The position numbers and the translations under genes are program-made. A stretch of DNA of 64,000 nucleotides from Macrostomum lignano (Eukaryota). Positions 1 through 16,500 of this stretch are shown here, piece after piece. The notes below the pieces were generated by a model. That model was not told where the DNA came from, made no database searches, and saw only the letters and a list, made by a program, of their open reading frames with translations. Each line of letters opens with the position of its first letter. The stretch's first letter is position 1. The stretch covers positions 1 through 64,000 of the forward strand of contig NIVC01000067.1 in assembly GCA_002269645.1 (NCBI GenBank). The letters are read 5' to 3'.

Positions 1-315
1 CTCGGTGGCCTCCCCGCCTGCAGTCCGGTAATTTCGCCGTCCTCAGCGGCCGCAGTAGCGGCATCGCTGCCACTGCTGCGCACGTCACCTTGGCAGTTGG
101 TTGCGGCTTTGGCAGCATCGTACACTCGTCCGTGGCGCGGAAGGTTGCCGGATCATCGGCTCCGGCCTCGATGCGTTCACTCAGCTGGTCTGCATGCGCC
201 AGGACGGTGCGACCGCCTTGGCGGGCGATGATGGCCGTGTTCGTCCCCTTTCTGACATAGAAACTCGGCCGGTTCGCGCTTGAGCCCTGCGCCCGGTGCG
301 TACCAGATGTTGGCT

Positions 316-2828
316 CTAATTGGCGTCTTCATCGTGGCAGCTGCCGTCCCATGAGCTGTGCTGGACTCTGGGCCCGACCAGCGTGCGGAATGCACCTGTA
401 ATTGAGTAGGAGTCTGAACAGGAACGAGTCATACAGCTCCGACGCTTGGTCCCAGGCCGCCGACGCCCTCTTGATCGAGCCGACCATCCGTTCGCGAGTC
501 CGTTCGATTGCGGATGCCTTGGAGGAGTTTTGAGGGCTCGACAGCCGGTTCGCTCAAGCCAGGACAGCAGTCCAGCGTCGTAGTACTCAGCGGCATTATC
601 ACTAACTAGGACGTGCGGGACACCGTTTCTAGCAAATACTGACTGAAGAGCGGCCTTAACAGTCGCAGCATCGCGGTTTGGTACTCTCAGGACCTCAGGC
701 CATCCCGACATTGCATCGACTAGAATGAGCACCAGTCCAACTTTCGGGATTGTGGCGTGGTCCATGTGCACGCGATGCCACGTCGTCTTCTTTCGGCCAC
801 TGATGTACCGTAACTGTGCCAGAGGGCCGAATTCGCGTGCAGGTGGGGCAGTTGGGCACGTGCTGCTCCACGTCCGTGCAATATCCTGGCCACCAGGCCG
901 AGTTGCGGATGAGTGCGCGAGTTTCCATGGTTAACTGATGCGAGTCATTGTGTACCTGATCCAAGACGCGCTGTCTGAGTGTCGCAGGAATCAGCGGTCG
1001 ATCGCCGTAGCAGAGAATGCCGTCGTCTATCACCAGCGCATAGCGAACTGACTTGTACGGCCTCTCAGCTGGGGAGCATCCTGACCATCTGCTTGATGCG
1101 ACTCGCTAAGCAATATCTTGGAGTAGACGATCGCGCTGGGTCTCCGCTTGCAGCTCCTCCCATGGAATCACCGGGCTGCCAGCCCAATGAACCAGACATT
1201 CCAAGGCAGCAGGTTCTGATTCAGATAGTTCACCGTCGCATTCAAGGCGAGAGAGAGCATCAGCATGTGGAATGTGCTCGCCTTTTGTGTAGATCGTGTC
1301 AAAATCGAAGGCCATTAGCTTGATCGCCCAGCGAAGTAGTCGAGCGTTCGCCACCTTTGGAAGTTGCCGCCGTGCTCCAAAGAGAAACTCTAGAGGCCGA
1401 TGATCTGTCCGTTGAGTGAATCGGGCACCGAGAAGGAACTGCTTGGCGCGTTCATTCGCCCAAACGATGGCGAGGGCCTCTCTTTCGATATTCGAATAGT
1501 GCGACTCCGTGGTGCTCAACCGTCTGCTAAGGTATATAACCGGGTGGCCGTTTTGGGTGAGCACAGCGGCGATGGCCCTCTCACTGGCATCTGTGGTAAG
1601 AGTCGTCTCCTTAGTTTTGTCGTAGGGCTGTAGGACTGGCGCTGCTAAGAATGGCCTTGATTCGCTCGAAGGCCTGAGTCTGATCGGGTCCCCAACTGAA
1701 CTTTTCGTTCTTGGCTCGTAGCCGGTTGAGTGGCTCGATGATCTGTGAGTAGTTGCGAATGAATCTACCAAAAAAGTTGGCAAGGCCAAGAAAAGATTCT
1801 AGTTGCTTCTTGTCTCCAGGAGTCTTGACGGCGCGGATCCGATCGACTAGATTTGGATCAGGAGAAATTCCTCTCTCGCTGACTCTGTATCCGAGAAATG
1901 AGACCTCCCTAGCATTGAGGGTTGATTTTTCCAAGTTGGTTGACATTCCTGCCTTCTTTAGGGTAGCTATGACAGTTTAGACCTTTGAGTCGATCTCTGA
2001 GTCAGATTTTCCGTCGAGAAGAATGTCATCCTGATAAACTATCTTGCCGGTGATATCGGCAAGGACTGATTCCATTGCCTTTTGAAAGATAGATGATGCT
2101 GATTTGAGGGCTGGAACGAGACGCTTATAGCGATAGAGGCCCAAAGTCGTGGCGATGGTGGTGATCTCTCTGCTGTCTTCGTCAAGCTCTATCTGTAAAT
2201 AAGCATCTGAGAGGTCGATTTCGGACAAGTGTGACATTCCAGAGGTCTCCGCGAAGATTGTCTCCATCTCAGACATCGGGTACGTATCGTTGCACACTTG
2301 ATGATTAACTCCTGCTTTGAAGTCAGCACAGACGCGCACCTTTCCGTTAGGTTTCAGCACACTGACAATTGGTGAGGCCACTGGCTCCCTCCGGCTGGAA
2401 CAGGTTCAATTATCTGCTCAGCCTCCATTCGCTTGAGTTCCTGGTTAACCCTGTCTCGCAGGTGAATGGGAACGGGCCTAGCTGCGCAGTAAAACGGTTT
2501 TGCTCCGTCAACAAGGCGAATCTTGGCTTTGAAGTTTTTGAGACATCCTAGCTGGCCGACAGCGTTGATTGTAATAGCGTCCCCTTGCAGCCTTGCCCTT
2601 GCAGCTTCCCAGCAGTCCATGTGGCTTGCTTGCCTCAGTGACGATTAAGTCCAGTGTGACAAAGTTGGTGTCGGTTTCTAGGGAGGCAGTGAATTCTCCT
2701 AGACAGGAAATGCTGGATCCGTCGTACTGCCTGAGTGTTCGCCTGCACTTCCTGAGAGAAGGGCGGCCGAGCTTGACCCACAGATTTTGCGGAAGTAGAC
2801 TCACCTCGGCGCCCGTGTCAATCTGCAT
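316..2828 (-). pseudogene. Gypsy pol polyprotein (PR-RT-RH-IN) broken into at least 6 overlapping ORF fragments
   Basis: Consecutive domain fragments lie in different reading frames (ORFs 2508-2828, 2354-2620, 1977-2381, 1611-1946, 1106-1789, 695-1033, 316-771). Confidence 0.9.
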
Positions 2829-3489
2829 AGGCAGGGACTTGGCTGCTGCACCAGTTGTTCTTGGTTGCCCTGCAAAAGCGATCTCTAGGGGACGGGCGCG
2901 CCTGATGAAGCGCTGTTGGTCGTGCCTTTGTTGTATTGTTGAATTTGCTCGAGCTGCTGCAGGTTTTGCAGAATATCGTCAAGAAGTTTTTCTTCGCCTT
3001 GAAGCTGCTCCAAAATTCTCTTTTGTGTTCGGGAGAGGCAAGGCCGTCGATCAGTCTCATTGCGATGAGGACGTTTTCCTTGGACTGCTTGGCCCCAAGT
3101 TCCTCGAATTCGCAGAGCGCCGCCGCTGCTCGAAGCCGACGGTAGTAAGTGCTGATCGATTCACCTGGCTCTTGTTTGAGGCTTAGAAATCTGGTGCGCT
3201 CAGCGATGACCAGCCTCTTCTTAGGCCGGATTGTTGCTGTTACTAGTGTCTCGATTTCGCTAAATTTGAGTGCCTCCAGCTTTTTTGGTGCAGCCATCAG
3301 AGAGAGCGTCCGGATCGCCTGTAGTCCAACCTTGGACAGGAACAAGTCAGTTTTATCCCGCACTTTGTCCGTGTCCGTAAGTTTCTTAATGCGGGCCGTG
3401 GCGGAGAGCTGCTGCATCCATGCCTCAGCGAGTTCAGGATCGTTGAGGTTGAGTTCTTGACTCCTAATTTCGCCTGCTTGCGACGCCAT
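2818..3489 (-). CDS. Gypsy gag-like protein (frameshifted at C-terminus, no CCHC knuckle visible)
   Basis: 223-aa ORF with the typical Gypsy gag motif ER..F....Q..GES...Y..RLR..A..CEF. Confidence 0.8.
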   Translation of the reverse strand: MASQAGEIRSQELNLNDPELAEAWMQQLSATARIKKLTDTDKVRDKTDLFLSKVGLQAIRTLSLMAAPKKLEALKFSEIETLVTATIRPKKRLVIAERTRFLSLKQEPGESISTYYRRLRAAAALCEFEELGAKQSKENVLIAMRLIDGLASPEHKREFWSSFKAKKNFLTIFCKTCSSSSKFNNTTKARPTALHQARPSPRDRFCRATKNNWCSSQVPAYAD

Positions 3490-3516
3490 TGCGTGACGCG
3501 AAAGTCAGGAATCGAA

Positions 3517-3819
3517 TGTTGTTTAAGCGAGTATAAATTCTTGCGATATATTTGCAGTAGTAGAGTAGTCTAAGTTGCTTGACGAAACACTTGAATATTG
3601 TGAATATTGAACTAGTGCATTACATGGCTGAGTAAGTGGAGAGACTTAAGGCGAGGCAAGGCTAGCGCAATGATGTACACTGAATTGCGCAGAGTACGCA
3701 TTGGTTTACAGAGTACATAGAAGTTTGGAATTGAATGAAGTTAAGTGACTAAGTTAGCAGAATAAAGTCTAATTGAATAAAGCTAAGCAACAAACCGAAC
3801 ACAGTTACCCATGCTAACA
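3517..3819 (-). repeat. Candidate 5' LTR of the Gypsy element
   Basis: 303-bp segment directly upstream of gag bounded by TGTT...AACA termini. The partner LTR is outside the window, so this is unverified, and no canonical TGG PBS follows it directly. Confidence 0.3.
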
Positions 3820-6462
3820 AACCAACGAAACGTCACTTCAGTCTTGTTTGTGCGCGTTTCAGTTATCAATCACGGTAGAGCGACGGACTTTTAGTTGGAA
3901 CTTCTACAGAAAATTTGAAAGCAGAAAACTTCCAAGGCGTTTTGATTTAGACAATTCCGTTTTGATAAGCGGGGTTTCTTAGCTAACTGCAGGGCACGGG
4001 GGAAGAGAGGAGAGAAAAGAAATGACCAAGAATAATAATTACAACAGATTAGATCTGCAAAGACTTACCTCAAAAGCGTGCAGGGGGCTCAAGGTACCGT
4101 ATTGTTTATCTGCGTGAGAATTTACTCGAATTTCAAATACAAATATCAATTAGGGAGTCTGCGCTTTACGTTTCAAAAATAGATTTTAAGCTATTGTTTT
4201 TATCAATCGCGCGATGAGGTTCATAATAATCTGAGTGGGAGAATTAGTCTATGTGATTGTTATAACGCAGCTCTCGATTAGCCAGGTTTCTAAGTTGAGA
4301 CATATATTTAGACAAACCATAGAAATAACTCATCTGCGGAATCATCACATGCAAATTTGCATGGATTATCAAACAGGCCAGCTGTACCTGCTGTATGTAA
4401 TCAGATAGGGGTAGTAGACAATAGTATTTATAGATAGTATATTGTATAATATGGATTTTGCTGCATGGTCGTCTATAGTAAGGCTTTTTAAATTATTTCG
4501 ATCAACTCGAGCATCAACCTCGGACAAAACGATTACATGTAAACACTTGTAAACACTTGTAAACACTTACATTTACGAGTGCAGCTGACTTAAGTTCTAT
4601 TTGTGTCGTGACAAGGGGCCTTTAATAAGGGCCATTTTACTAATGAACATGTTTTAAGCAATCGTGAAGTTTTTTACTTATCTAACATTAAACGCAAAGT
4701 GCTATGCAAACAAATATTATTCTCTTTGAAGCGAAAATTATCTATCGTAAAAGATTTATAAGGTGCGTGTATATAATTATAATAATTGTCGAGTTTTGTG
4801 AGTTATTTAACCTTCTAAGCTATAGTTCTAAGTGCAAATATTATAATTAAAGCTAATACAGCTACATATTACTACCAGTGCTTATATTCCAATGCGAGTA
4901 TGGGCACCATCGACAATCATGCATCGCATTAATTGCATCGCATTAGCAATTGACAGCGCGCATTGAATTGAATTTTATTGAATAGAAGGTGGCAATTAAT
5001 CAAACGTTAAAATTTTAATAATATTGTCACGCGCTTAGGTCGAATTAGACCATGCATGTTCAAACGATTTATATGGAGTAATTAATAGATGAAGGAAATC
5101 TGCTAGTCAATATATTATTTTTTATTTGTGCTGAAACTTTCAAAAAAACTAATTAGCAAAATACAACTAAGAGCTTGGATCAGGACTTCTATCGGAAAAG
5201 ATCAGAAGACCATGTAGTAAATAAAGGATCGTTAAAATTAAAAGCTAACTTAAGTTCCAATTAAGCTTATTATTAGAGCAGAAAAATAATTTTAATTTTC
5301 TTCCCCAACCGCCATTCAATCGAAATCAATCGAATATTAAGACTAAAAACTGCATTCAGAATCGATGTACTCCAAACGCAAACCGTACAATGAAACACCA
5401 GGTAAAAATCCGTCAAAAGGAATTTGAAGTTATCAAAGGTAAAACAAATTTTTACTTCATGAAAGCTGGAATCAATGAAAACTTTTTTGTTTCTCGACAT
5501 CAAAAAGAAAAAAACGAAATAACTTCTGCATTTTAACTGATTATAGCATTTCAGACTTGAATTGCGCTTAGCGGCAGTTTAATTTTGGTTGCCAACATAC
5601 ATTTTCGCAGCATACCATTTGTGAAAATAATATATGATCCTTTAAAACTTTACCTGATTCTTCTTAGATATAAATTCTAGCTCGTATCTGTTAATCTAGA
5701 ACTGCTAAATAAAATCTTGCAATATCTTCCCGTCTGCCCTATCTTGCTTCCTATGTACTAAAATCTATGTACGATATAGATAAAGAATATTGTAGGAGCA
5801 CTCGTATCTAGCTAGGACACATACCAATTACCTAAATTGTGTGTTAGAATTTATAGAAACAGTTCACTTTACTATATGAAATACTGCAAAATTACTTTAC
5901 TTTTTTAAACTGTCAAATTTTTTAATTCAAAATGAATAGTATTTAAAGTTCTAAACAATTATGACAAGTGATTGGTCTTTTTTAGCTCGTATTCACGTTT
6001 CAAAAAATGTAATAGATACAAAATATTTGATCTATAAGACAACTTAATACCATAGCTGTAGTGAGACTGACTATCGCAGTAGTAGCTTAGTTATAAGATA
6101 AATTCAGTTTAAAATTTAGTTATTAAATTTTATTTGGATGGGTAAACAAAAAATAAATTCCACAAATGATTGAGACATAATGGCTTTTAGCTTTTCATAC
6201 TATATTTGTGTTTTTCAACTAGTGAAAATTATATGATTTTGAAAATCTCGAAAGTTATTATGCGAATAAGAGGCATAAAATTTCTGCATGGCCCATTATA
6301 ATACCAACAGTCTGTAATTTCATATAGTGTGTTAGGAGATAGATACAGATATGTCATTTATTATTTATTTTAGCCTAGCTAAGATTGTAAGAGTGCTTTT
6401 TCCTTATTTATTTTATAACATTCTAAAACCTCATTAGTACTTTATTATGGTGTAGTTTTTTA

Positions 6463-9809
<3,347 letters not shown>

Positions 9810-10454
9810 CGCCAATGTGCTGGTCAGCCGATATGTTTTGAAAATAAACTTTGCGTTGTCGCTAAGGAGCTTAAATGAAACTTGAAGTGTGGCTTCTGGC
9901 GCCTCCCCTCCCTCTAAGCGGCATCGATCAGCGCCGATATGTGTCGATAAAATTGCTTTTCTTGTGTTTTGGAACCGATATGTATCGAAACTAAATTTGC
10001 TTCAGGGGTAGAAAGTTTCCAACCACGTGACGAATTGAAAATTGTGCATTCGGATTAAAAAGGACACCCAGTAATCGAAGACAGAAATTGGATCGATTTT
10101 GTTTTCTTACAAAGTTTTTGCTGGTAGAGGGATTCTGCACAATTTCGCATCCAAAAAATCGAATTTAAAAAAACTCCCGAAACTGGACAACCGTTGGTTG
10201 GGTTATTGAGCTGCGCGTATTTTTATTTCTGCCGGCCATCTCAGCCGCAGTCTCCAATGACGAGTATTTGTTGTAAATCACTTGCTGCCACCAACCAACT
10301 GGTGTCACGGGCTTGAGGAATGAACTCCTTCACCCACCCTGCGCTTTGCCGTCCCGCTCTGCGATGCTTAAATTGTGATTTTACTCATTACGTCATCGCA
10401 CACCTTTTTTGTCACTGAGTTTTTCACTGCTACTATAATATCATTTTTGACGGT

Positions 10455-10745
10455 CTCTGTCAGACTCTATCAGTCTCTATCAGTCTCTATCAGTCTCTAT
10501 CAGACTCTATCAGTCTCTATCAGTCTCTATCAGACTCTATCAGTCTCTATCAGTCTCTATCAGTCTCTATCAGACTCTATCAGTCTCTATCACTCTTTAT
10601 CAGTCTCTATCGATCTCTATCAGACTCTATCAGACTCTATCAGACTCTATCAGACTCTATCAGTCTCTATCAGACTCTATCAGTCTCTATCAGTCTCTAT
10701 CAGACTCTATCGATCTCTATCAGTCTCTATCAGACACTATCAATC
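10455..10745. repeat. 10-bp tandem repeat (CTCTATCAGT/CTCTATCAGA)n
   Basis: Directly visible. Confidence 0.95.
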
Positions 10746-10820
10746 TTTGTCAATCGCTATTTAATCTTTCTAATGTCTAATTTATCGTCATGCTGAACTT
10801 CCTTTTCATTTCATATCAGA

Positions 10821-10885
10821 AATCATAAATCAAATCATATCATAAATCAAATCATATCATAAATCAAATCATATCATAAATCAAA
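10821..10885. repeat. 17-bp tandem repeat (ATCATAAATCAAATCAT), about 4 copies
   Basis: Directly visible. Confidence 0.85.
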
Positions 10886-10994
10886 AGCGCTTTGAGCTTC
10901 AAGTTTGTTTAACACAAAATTTAATGACTATGAAATCTGCTTTCTAAGACGCTGCCTTATTTTGTTTAAATGTAAAGCTTTAATAATCTGACAA

Positions 10995-10996
<2 letters not shown>

Positions 10997-11078
<82 letters not shown>
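10997..11078. repeat. (AG)n microsatellite
   Basis: About 41 perfect dinucleotide units. Confidence 0.98.
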
Positions 11079-11080
<2 letters not shown>

Positions 11081-11467
11081 GTGCCTTAATCCCGTTTCTA
11101 GACCCCGCTTATCTGCGCTTTCACTGCTAGACATGGAATTAGCTGGACACTGCTGTGACCCTGTAGTCCCAGCAGTTTATCCTTTTGCTCTGCTGTCTCA
11201 CTGCTGGCATCTTTTAATCGATTATTCTTGCACTGACAGACAGGCCAGCATTGAAACCAGATGGATTAATCTGTCAGTAGCTTTGTTCCTGACCGGAGTT
11301 TCAGATTGTATTTTGTTTTGAACAATATTTTTCACAACGCTAATACCAATTGTGAAGGAGAATGACTCAAAAATACACAGAGTTTAAAATTAATCTTTTT
11401 CACTGCTGTTTTGTGCGATGCCTATTAAGACTCAAACCGGCCTTTTGCGTTAAAAATCATTTCAGCG

Positions 11468-11736
<269 letters not shown>

Positions 11737-11804
11737 TGCTTATTTAATGTGTTAGCAATTTAAAAAGAGCCTCCGGCCTCCGCATTCCATCCAATGCATT
11801 AATA

Positions 11805-13115
11805 CGAGGGGTGCTTTTAAGTTCCCGGAAAATGCAGCTTAAAAATGCGCCAATCAAATGAAACCTAACCAGCAGTTAGGGTTGGATGTTCTACGTTTGC
11901 TTGTAAAATTCAAGCTCAATCGGTCGCAATGTTCTGCCGCAGTGGCCAAAGTTTGGCTGAAAACGTGTCCCCCTGCCGCAGCTGACTGAATGCGACAGGC
12001 GAGTGGCGATGCAGGTCCAGTTTCGGCTGGGCAGGTCTGCGGCCGCCTGCCTCCAGACGCTGCGTGAGGCTCTTCGGGATCAAGCGCCATCCCAGTCGAT
12101 GGTGTATGAGTGGTTTGCGCGCTGCGGCTCGGCCACTCTTGACGGCGATCCTCGCGAGGGGCGGCCGAGTTCGGCCGTGTCCGACGGAGTCGTTGCTTCT
12201 GTTCGACGCCACGTGGACGAAGATCGGCGAGTGACGATTTGCTGATTGGAGCAGCTCTTCGGGGTATCGAATTCCACCATCATTAAGATCCTGCACCAGC
12301 ACCTCGGCATGAGGAAGCTGTCCGCTCGCTGGGTGCCCCACCAGCTCAGCGCTGACCAGATGCGAGCCCGAGTTGAGTTCGCCGACCTCATGGCGGCCAG
12401 GTTTGACGGAGGCCGCGCAAAGTTGGTGGATAACATCCTCACTGGTGACGAAACCTGGGTCTACTTCTATGACCCAGAGACCAAAGAACAGAGTCGGCAG
12501 TGGGTTACAAACGAGGAAGATGCTCCTCTCAAATTTCGTCGCGAGCGCAGCGTCGGAAAAGTGATGGCGGCCATTTTCTTCCGACGCAGCGGCATCCTGC
12601 CGCCAGTGCTGCTGCAGCAAGGCGCCACAGTGACGGCAGAATGGTACAGCACCGTCTACTTGCCTCAGGTTCTGCAGGTGCTCGCACAGCAGCGGCCGAA
12701 GACGCTCGACAAAGGCATCTTCCTCCATCAGGACAACGCTCCCGCGCACCGGGCACGAGTGACCCAGGAGTTCCTTCAGGCGACCCAGCTAGTCCAGCTG
12801 CTGCATCCGGCATATTCGCCGGACCTGGCGACTGCTGACTTCTTCCTCTGTCCCAGGATGAAGAAAAATCTGAAGGGGAAGCGCTTCGTCTCGAGGGAGG
12901 AGCTGGTTGTTGCGCTGCAATCTGAGCTGGACAGCTTCACCAAAGCTGATCTCAGGGGTGCTTCGATGCATGGTTCCAGCGCCTGCAGAAGTGCTCCCAT
13001 TTGGGTGGAAATTATGTTGAGAAGTTATAATAGACTGCAGTTGCTGCAGGTAAAATTTCGCACAGATGCGATCATCAGAATTGAACTTTTCCGGGAACTT
13101 AATAAGCACCCCTCG
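11805..13115 (+). mobile_element. Mariner (Tc1/mariner, D,D34D) DNA transposon, full length (1311 bp)
   Basis: TIRs CGAGGGGTGCTTTTAAGTTCCCGGAAAA (from 11805) and inverted CGAGGGGTGCTTATTAAGTTCCCGGAAAA (ending 13115). TA target-site duplication at 11803-04 and 13116-17. Confidence 0.96.
11975..13031 (+). pseudogene. Mariner transposase, inactivated
   Basis: HTH region, WVPHQL, TGDETW, HQDNA, YSPDLATADFF; 34 residues between the 2nd and 3rd Asp. In-frame TGA at 12243-12245. The C-terminus (FDAWFQRLQKCSHLGGNYVEKL*) lies in another frame after about 12958, and no clean start codon is present. Confidence 0.9.
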
Positions 13116-13532
13116 TATTTGATCTTTCAGCAAGCTAGTCTGAGAGATATGGATAAGTGACTAGAGATCCATTCTGTTTTGCGTGGGCTATCGAGCCAAT
13201 GAAATTACCAGGTTACTCTAAAATGATGGCAAACATTCATCCGTCATGCATGGAATTGAATTAGCCGTATTTGAAATGCCAGAAGCTTTCTAATTGATGT
13301 AGCCAGGGCACTCAATAGTGTTTTAGTTTGCCTAGAAATCAATTAGCTACCATAGCAGCAAACCTTTCTAGGAACTTATTAAGTCAAGTGCTCCATTCGG
13401 GGGCGTACTGAACTGGTGTACCTCGGTATCTGCTCACAAATTTGCATAAAAAGCAAAATTCCACTCACGGATGCGTCTTCGCTGTCGCTTCACAAAACTG
13501 TATTTTGTTAATTTTATGCAAATAAAATTTTA

Positions 13533-16500
13533 ATGATGGAAACTGCACGCATGCTGCTGCTGCTGCTGCTGTTGTTGTTGTTGTTGCTACTCACGCTACC
13601 AACGGTGAGGGCTGCTCCAGTGGTGGGTGACTCCTATACCACCGCCAGAACTTGCTGCTGCTGCTGCTGCTGCTCTGCTGCTGCTCGTGGGGTGAGTTGG
13701 CCTGAGCGGCCGGACTTTCGCATAGCAACCCAATTATCCGAATAGCCAACAATAGGGCCAGTATGCTCACTTGTGACGTCTTGTCTGACGCTTTAATTGA
13801 TCATCCATGGAGCCTAATGGTCATCGATGGATCCTAATGGGCATCGATGGAACCTAATGGTCATCGATGGAACCTAATGGTCATCGATGGAACCTAATTG
13901 TCATCGATGGAACCTAATGGTCATCGATGGATCCTAATGGGCATCGATGGCTTTGATTGGTCATCGATGGCTTCGATTGGTCATCAATGGCTTCGATTGG
14001 TCATCGATGGCTTCGATTGGTCATCGATGGAGCCTAATGATCATCGATGGAGCCTAATGGTCATCGATGGAGCCTAATGGGCATCGATGGAGCCTAATGG
14101 TCATCGATGGAGCCTAATGGGCACCGATAGAGCCTAATAGTTAGCAATGGATCCTAATGGTCATTAATTGAGTTTAATGGGCATCGATGCCATAATGGCC
14201 ATCGGACAATCCGAAAGCTGATTCTGTTTCCAGCCGCCAGCGCTGGCTCAAACGTGAACCAGGCCGAGCTCACCCTAACCGACTCGGTGGTCATCGACAA
14301 TGTGACAAGCAGCTTCGAGCTGAATGTGACCGGAGTCCGGTCCGAGATCGAGTGCGCCACCGCCTGCATGCAGAGAGGCTGCTCAGTTGTCAGCCTAGCC
14401 AACGGTTCTGAACTCTGCCGAATGATTTTTCTGGTCGACGACTCGACCAAATTGCTGCCAAATTCGAACCCGAGCCGCGTGCGGCGGCACGTTGAGGCCG
14501 GGCCGTCCGATCGGCTGTGGAAATTGGCCGACTTGGAGCTGCGGCTAGCCGCCTTGCTGCCGCCGTTTGAGAAGACTTTTTCTGGTGAGTAGCTTCGAAG
14601 AGTGTCCGTGTCTATGGCTCAAAGGTTTGCCCCAATCATATTGCCTCCATCCTGCCGATGGCCAATTCCATCTATGCCTCAATTCTGTCTATGACCTAAT
14701 TCCGTCTATGACCCGATTCCATCTATGACTCAATTCCGTCTATGACCAGCTTCAATTTATGACCCGATTCCATTTATGACCCGATTCTATTTATGACCCG
14801 CCTCTATTTATGACCCGCTTCAATTTATGACCCGATTCTATCTATGACCCGATTCCATTTATGACCCGATTCTATCTATGACCCGATTCCATCTATGACC
14901 CGATTCTATTTATGACCCGACTCTATTTATGACCCGACTCTATTTATGACCTGACTCTATTTATGACCCGATTCTATTTATGACCCGATTCTATTTATGA
15001 CTCGCCTCTATTTATGACCCGCTTCAATTTATGACCCGATTCTATTTATGACCCGATTCTATTTATGACCCGCCTCTATTTATGACCCGCTTCAATTTAT
15101 GACCCGATTCAATTTATGACCCGATTCTATCTATGACCCGATTCCATTTATGACCCGATTCTATTTATGACCCGATTCTATCTATGACCCGATTCCATCT
15201 ATGACCCAATTCTATCTATGACCCGATTCTATCTATGACCCGATTCCATCTATGACCCGATTCTATTTATGACCCGACTCTATTTATGACCCGATTCCAT
15301 CTATGACCCGACTCTATTTATGACCCGATTCTATTTATGACCCGATTCTATTTATGACCCGATTCTATTTATGACACGGTTCTATTTATGACCCGATTCT
15401 ATTTATGACCCGATTCTATTTATGACCCGCCTCTATTTATGACCCGCCTCTATTTATGACCCGATTCTATTTATGACCCGATTCTATTTATGACCCGATT
15501 CTTTTTATGACACGGTTCTATTTATGACCCGATTCTATTTATGACCCGCCTCTATTTATGACCCGATTCTATCTATGACCAGATTCCATTTATGACCCGA
15601 TTCCATTTATGACCTGATTCTATCTATGACCCGATTCTATTTATGACCTGACTCTATTTATGACCTGACTCTATTTATGACCCGTTTCAATTTATGATCC
15701 GATTCTATTTATGACCCGCCTCTATTTATGACCCGCTTCAATTTATGACCCGATTCCATCTATGACCTGATTCTATTTATGACCCGATTCCATCTATGAC
15801 CCAATTCTATCTATGACTCGATTCTATTATATCTATGACCCGATTCCATCTATGACCCGATTCCATCTATGACCCAATAATATTCTTGACCCAATTCCAT
15901 CTATGACCCGATAATATTCTTGACCCAAATCCATCTATGACCCAATTCCATCTATGACCCAATTCTATCTATGACCCGATTCTATCTATGACCCGATTCC
16001 ATCTATGACCCGATTCCATCTATGACCCAATAATATTCTTGACCCAATTCCATCTATGACCCGATAATATTCTTGACCCAATTCCATCTATGACCCAATT
16101 CTATCTATGACCCGATTCTATCTATGACCCGATTCCATCTATGAGCCGATTCCATCTATGACCCGATTCCATCTATGACCCGATTCCATTTATGACCCGA
16201 TTCCATCTATGACCCGATTCCATCTATGACCCGATTCTATCTATGACCCGATTCCATCTATGACCCGATTCCATCTAGGACCCGATTCTATCTATGACCC
16301 GATTCCATCTATGACCCGATTCCATCTATGACCCGATTCCATTTATGACCCGATTCCATCTATGACCCGATAATATTCTTGACCCAATTCCATCTATGAC
16401 CCGATAATATTCTTGACCCAATTCCATCTATGACCCAATAATATTCTTGACCCAATTCCGTCGATGACCCAGCTTCATCTACAGCAAAATTTATTCTAAA

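Larger units (their letters stand above)
1..3489 (-). mobile_element. Ty3/Gypsy LTR retrotransposon internal region (gag-protease-RT-RNaseH-integrase), frameshifted, 3' part outside window
   Basis: Domain order on the minus strand: gag (ERTRFLSLKQEPGESISTYYRRLRAAAALCEF) 2818-3489; aspartic protease IDTGAEVS 2508-2828; RT (ASPIVSVLKPNGKVRVCADFK, IDLSDAYLQIEL, YQDDILL) 1977-2620; RT C-terminus/connection 1611-1946; RNaseH (TDASERAIAAVL, YSNIEREALA, TDHRPL) 1106-1789; integrase H-H-C-C zinc region 695-1033; core (HMDHA, VDAMSGWPE, VSDNA, PQSNGLA) 316-771. RT-RH-IN order is diagnostic of Gypsy. Confidence 0.95.

Noticed and set aside
12243-12245. In-frame TGA in the mariner transposase as selenocysteine or readthrough
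   Set aside because: An accompanying frameshift and lost start indicate ordinary decay; no SECIS was recognised.
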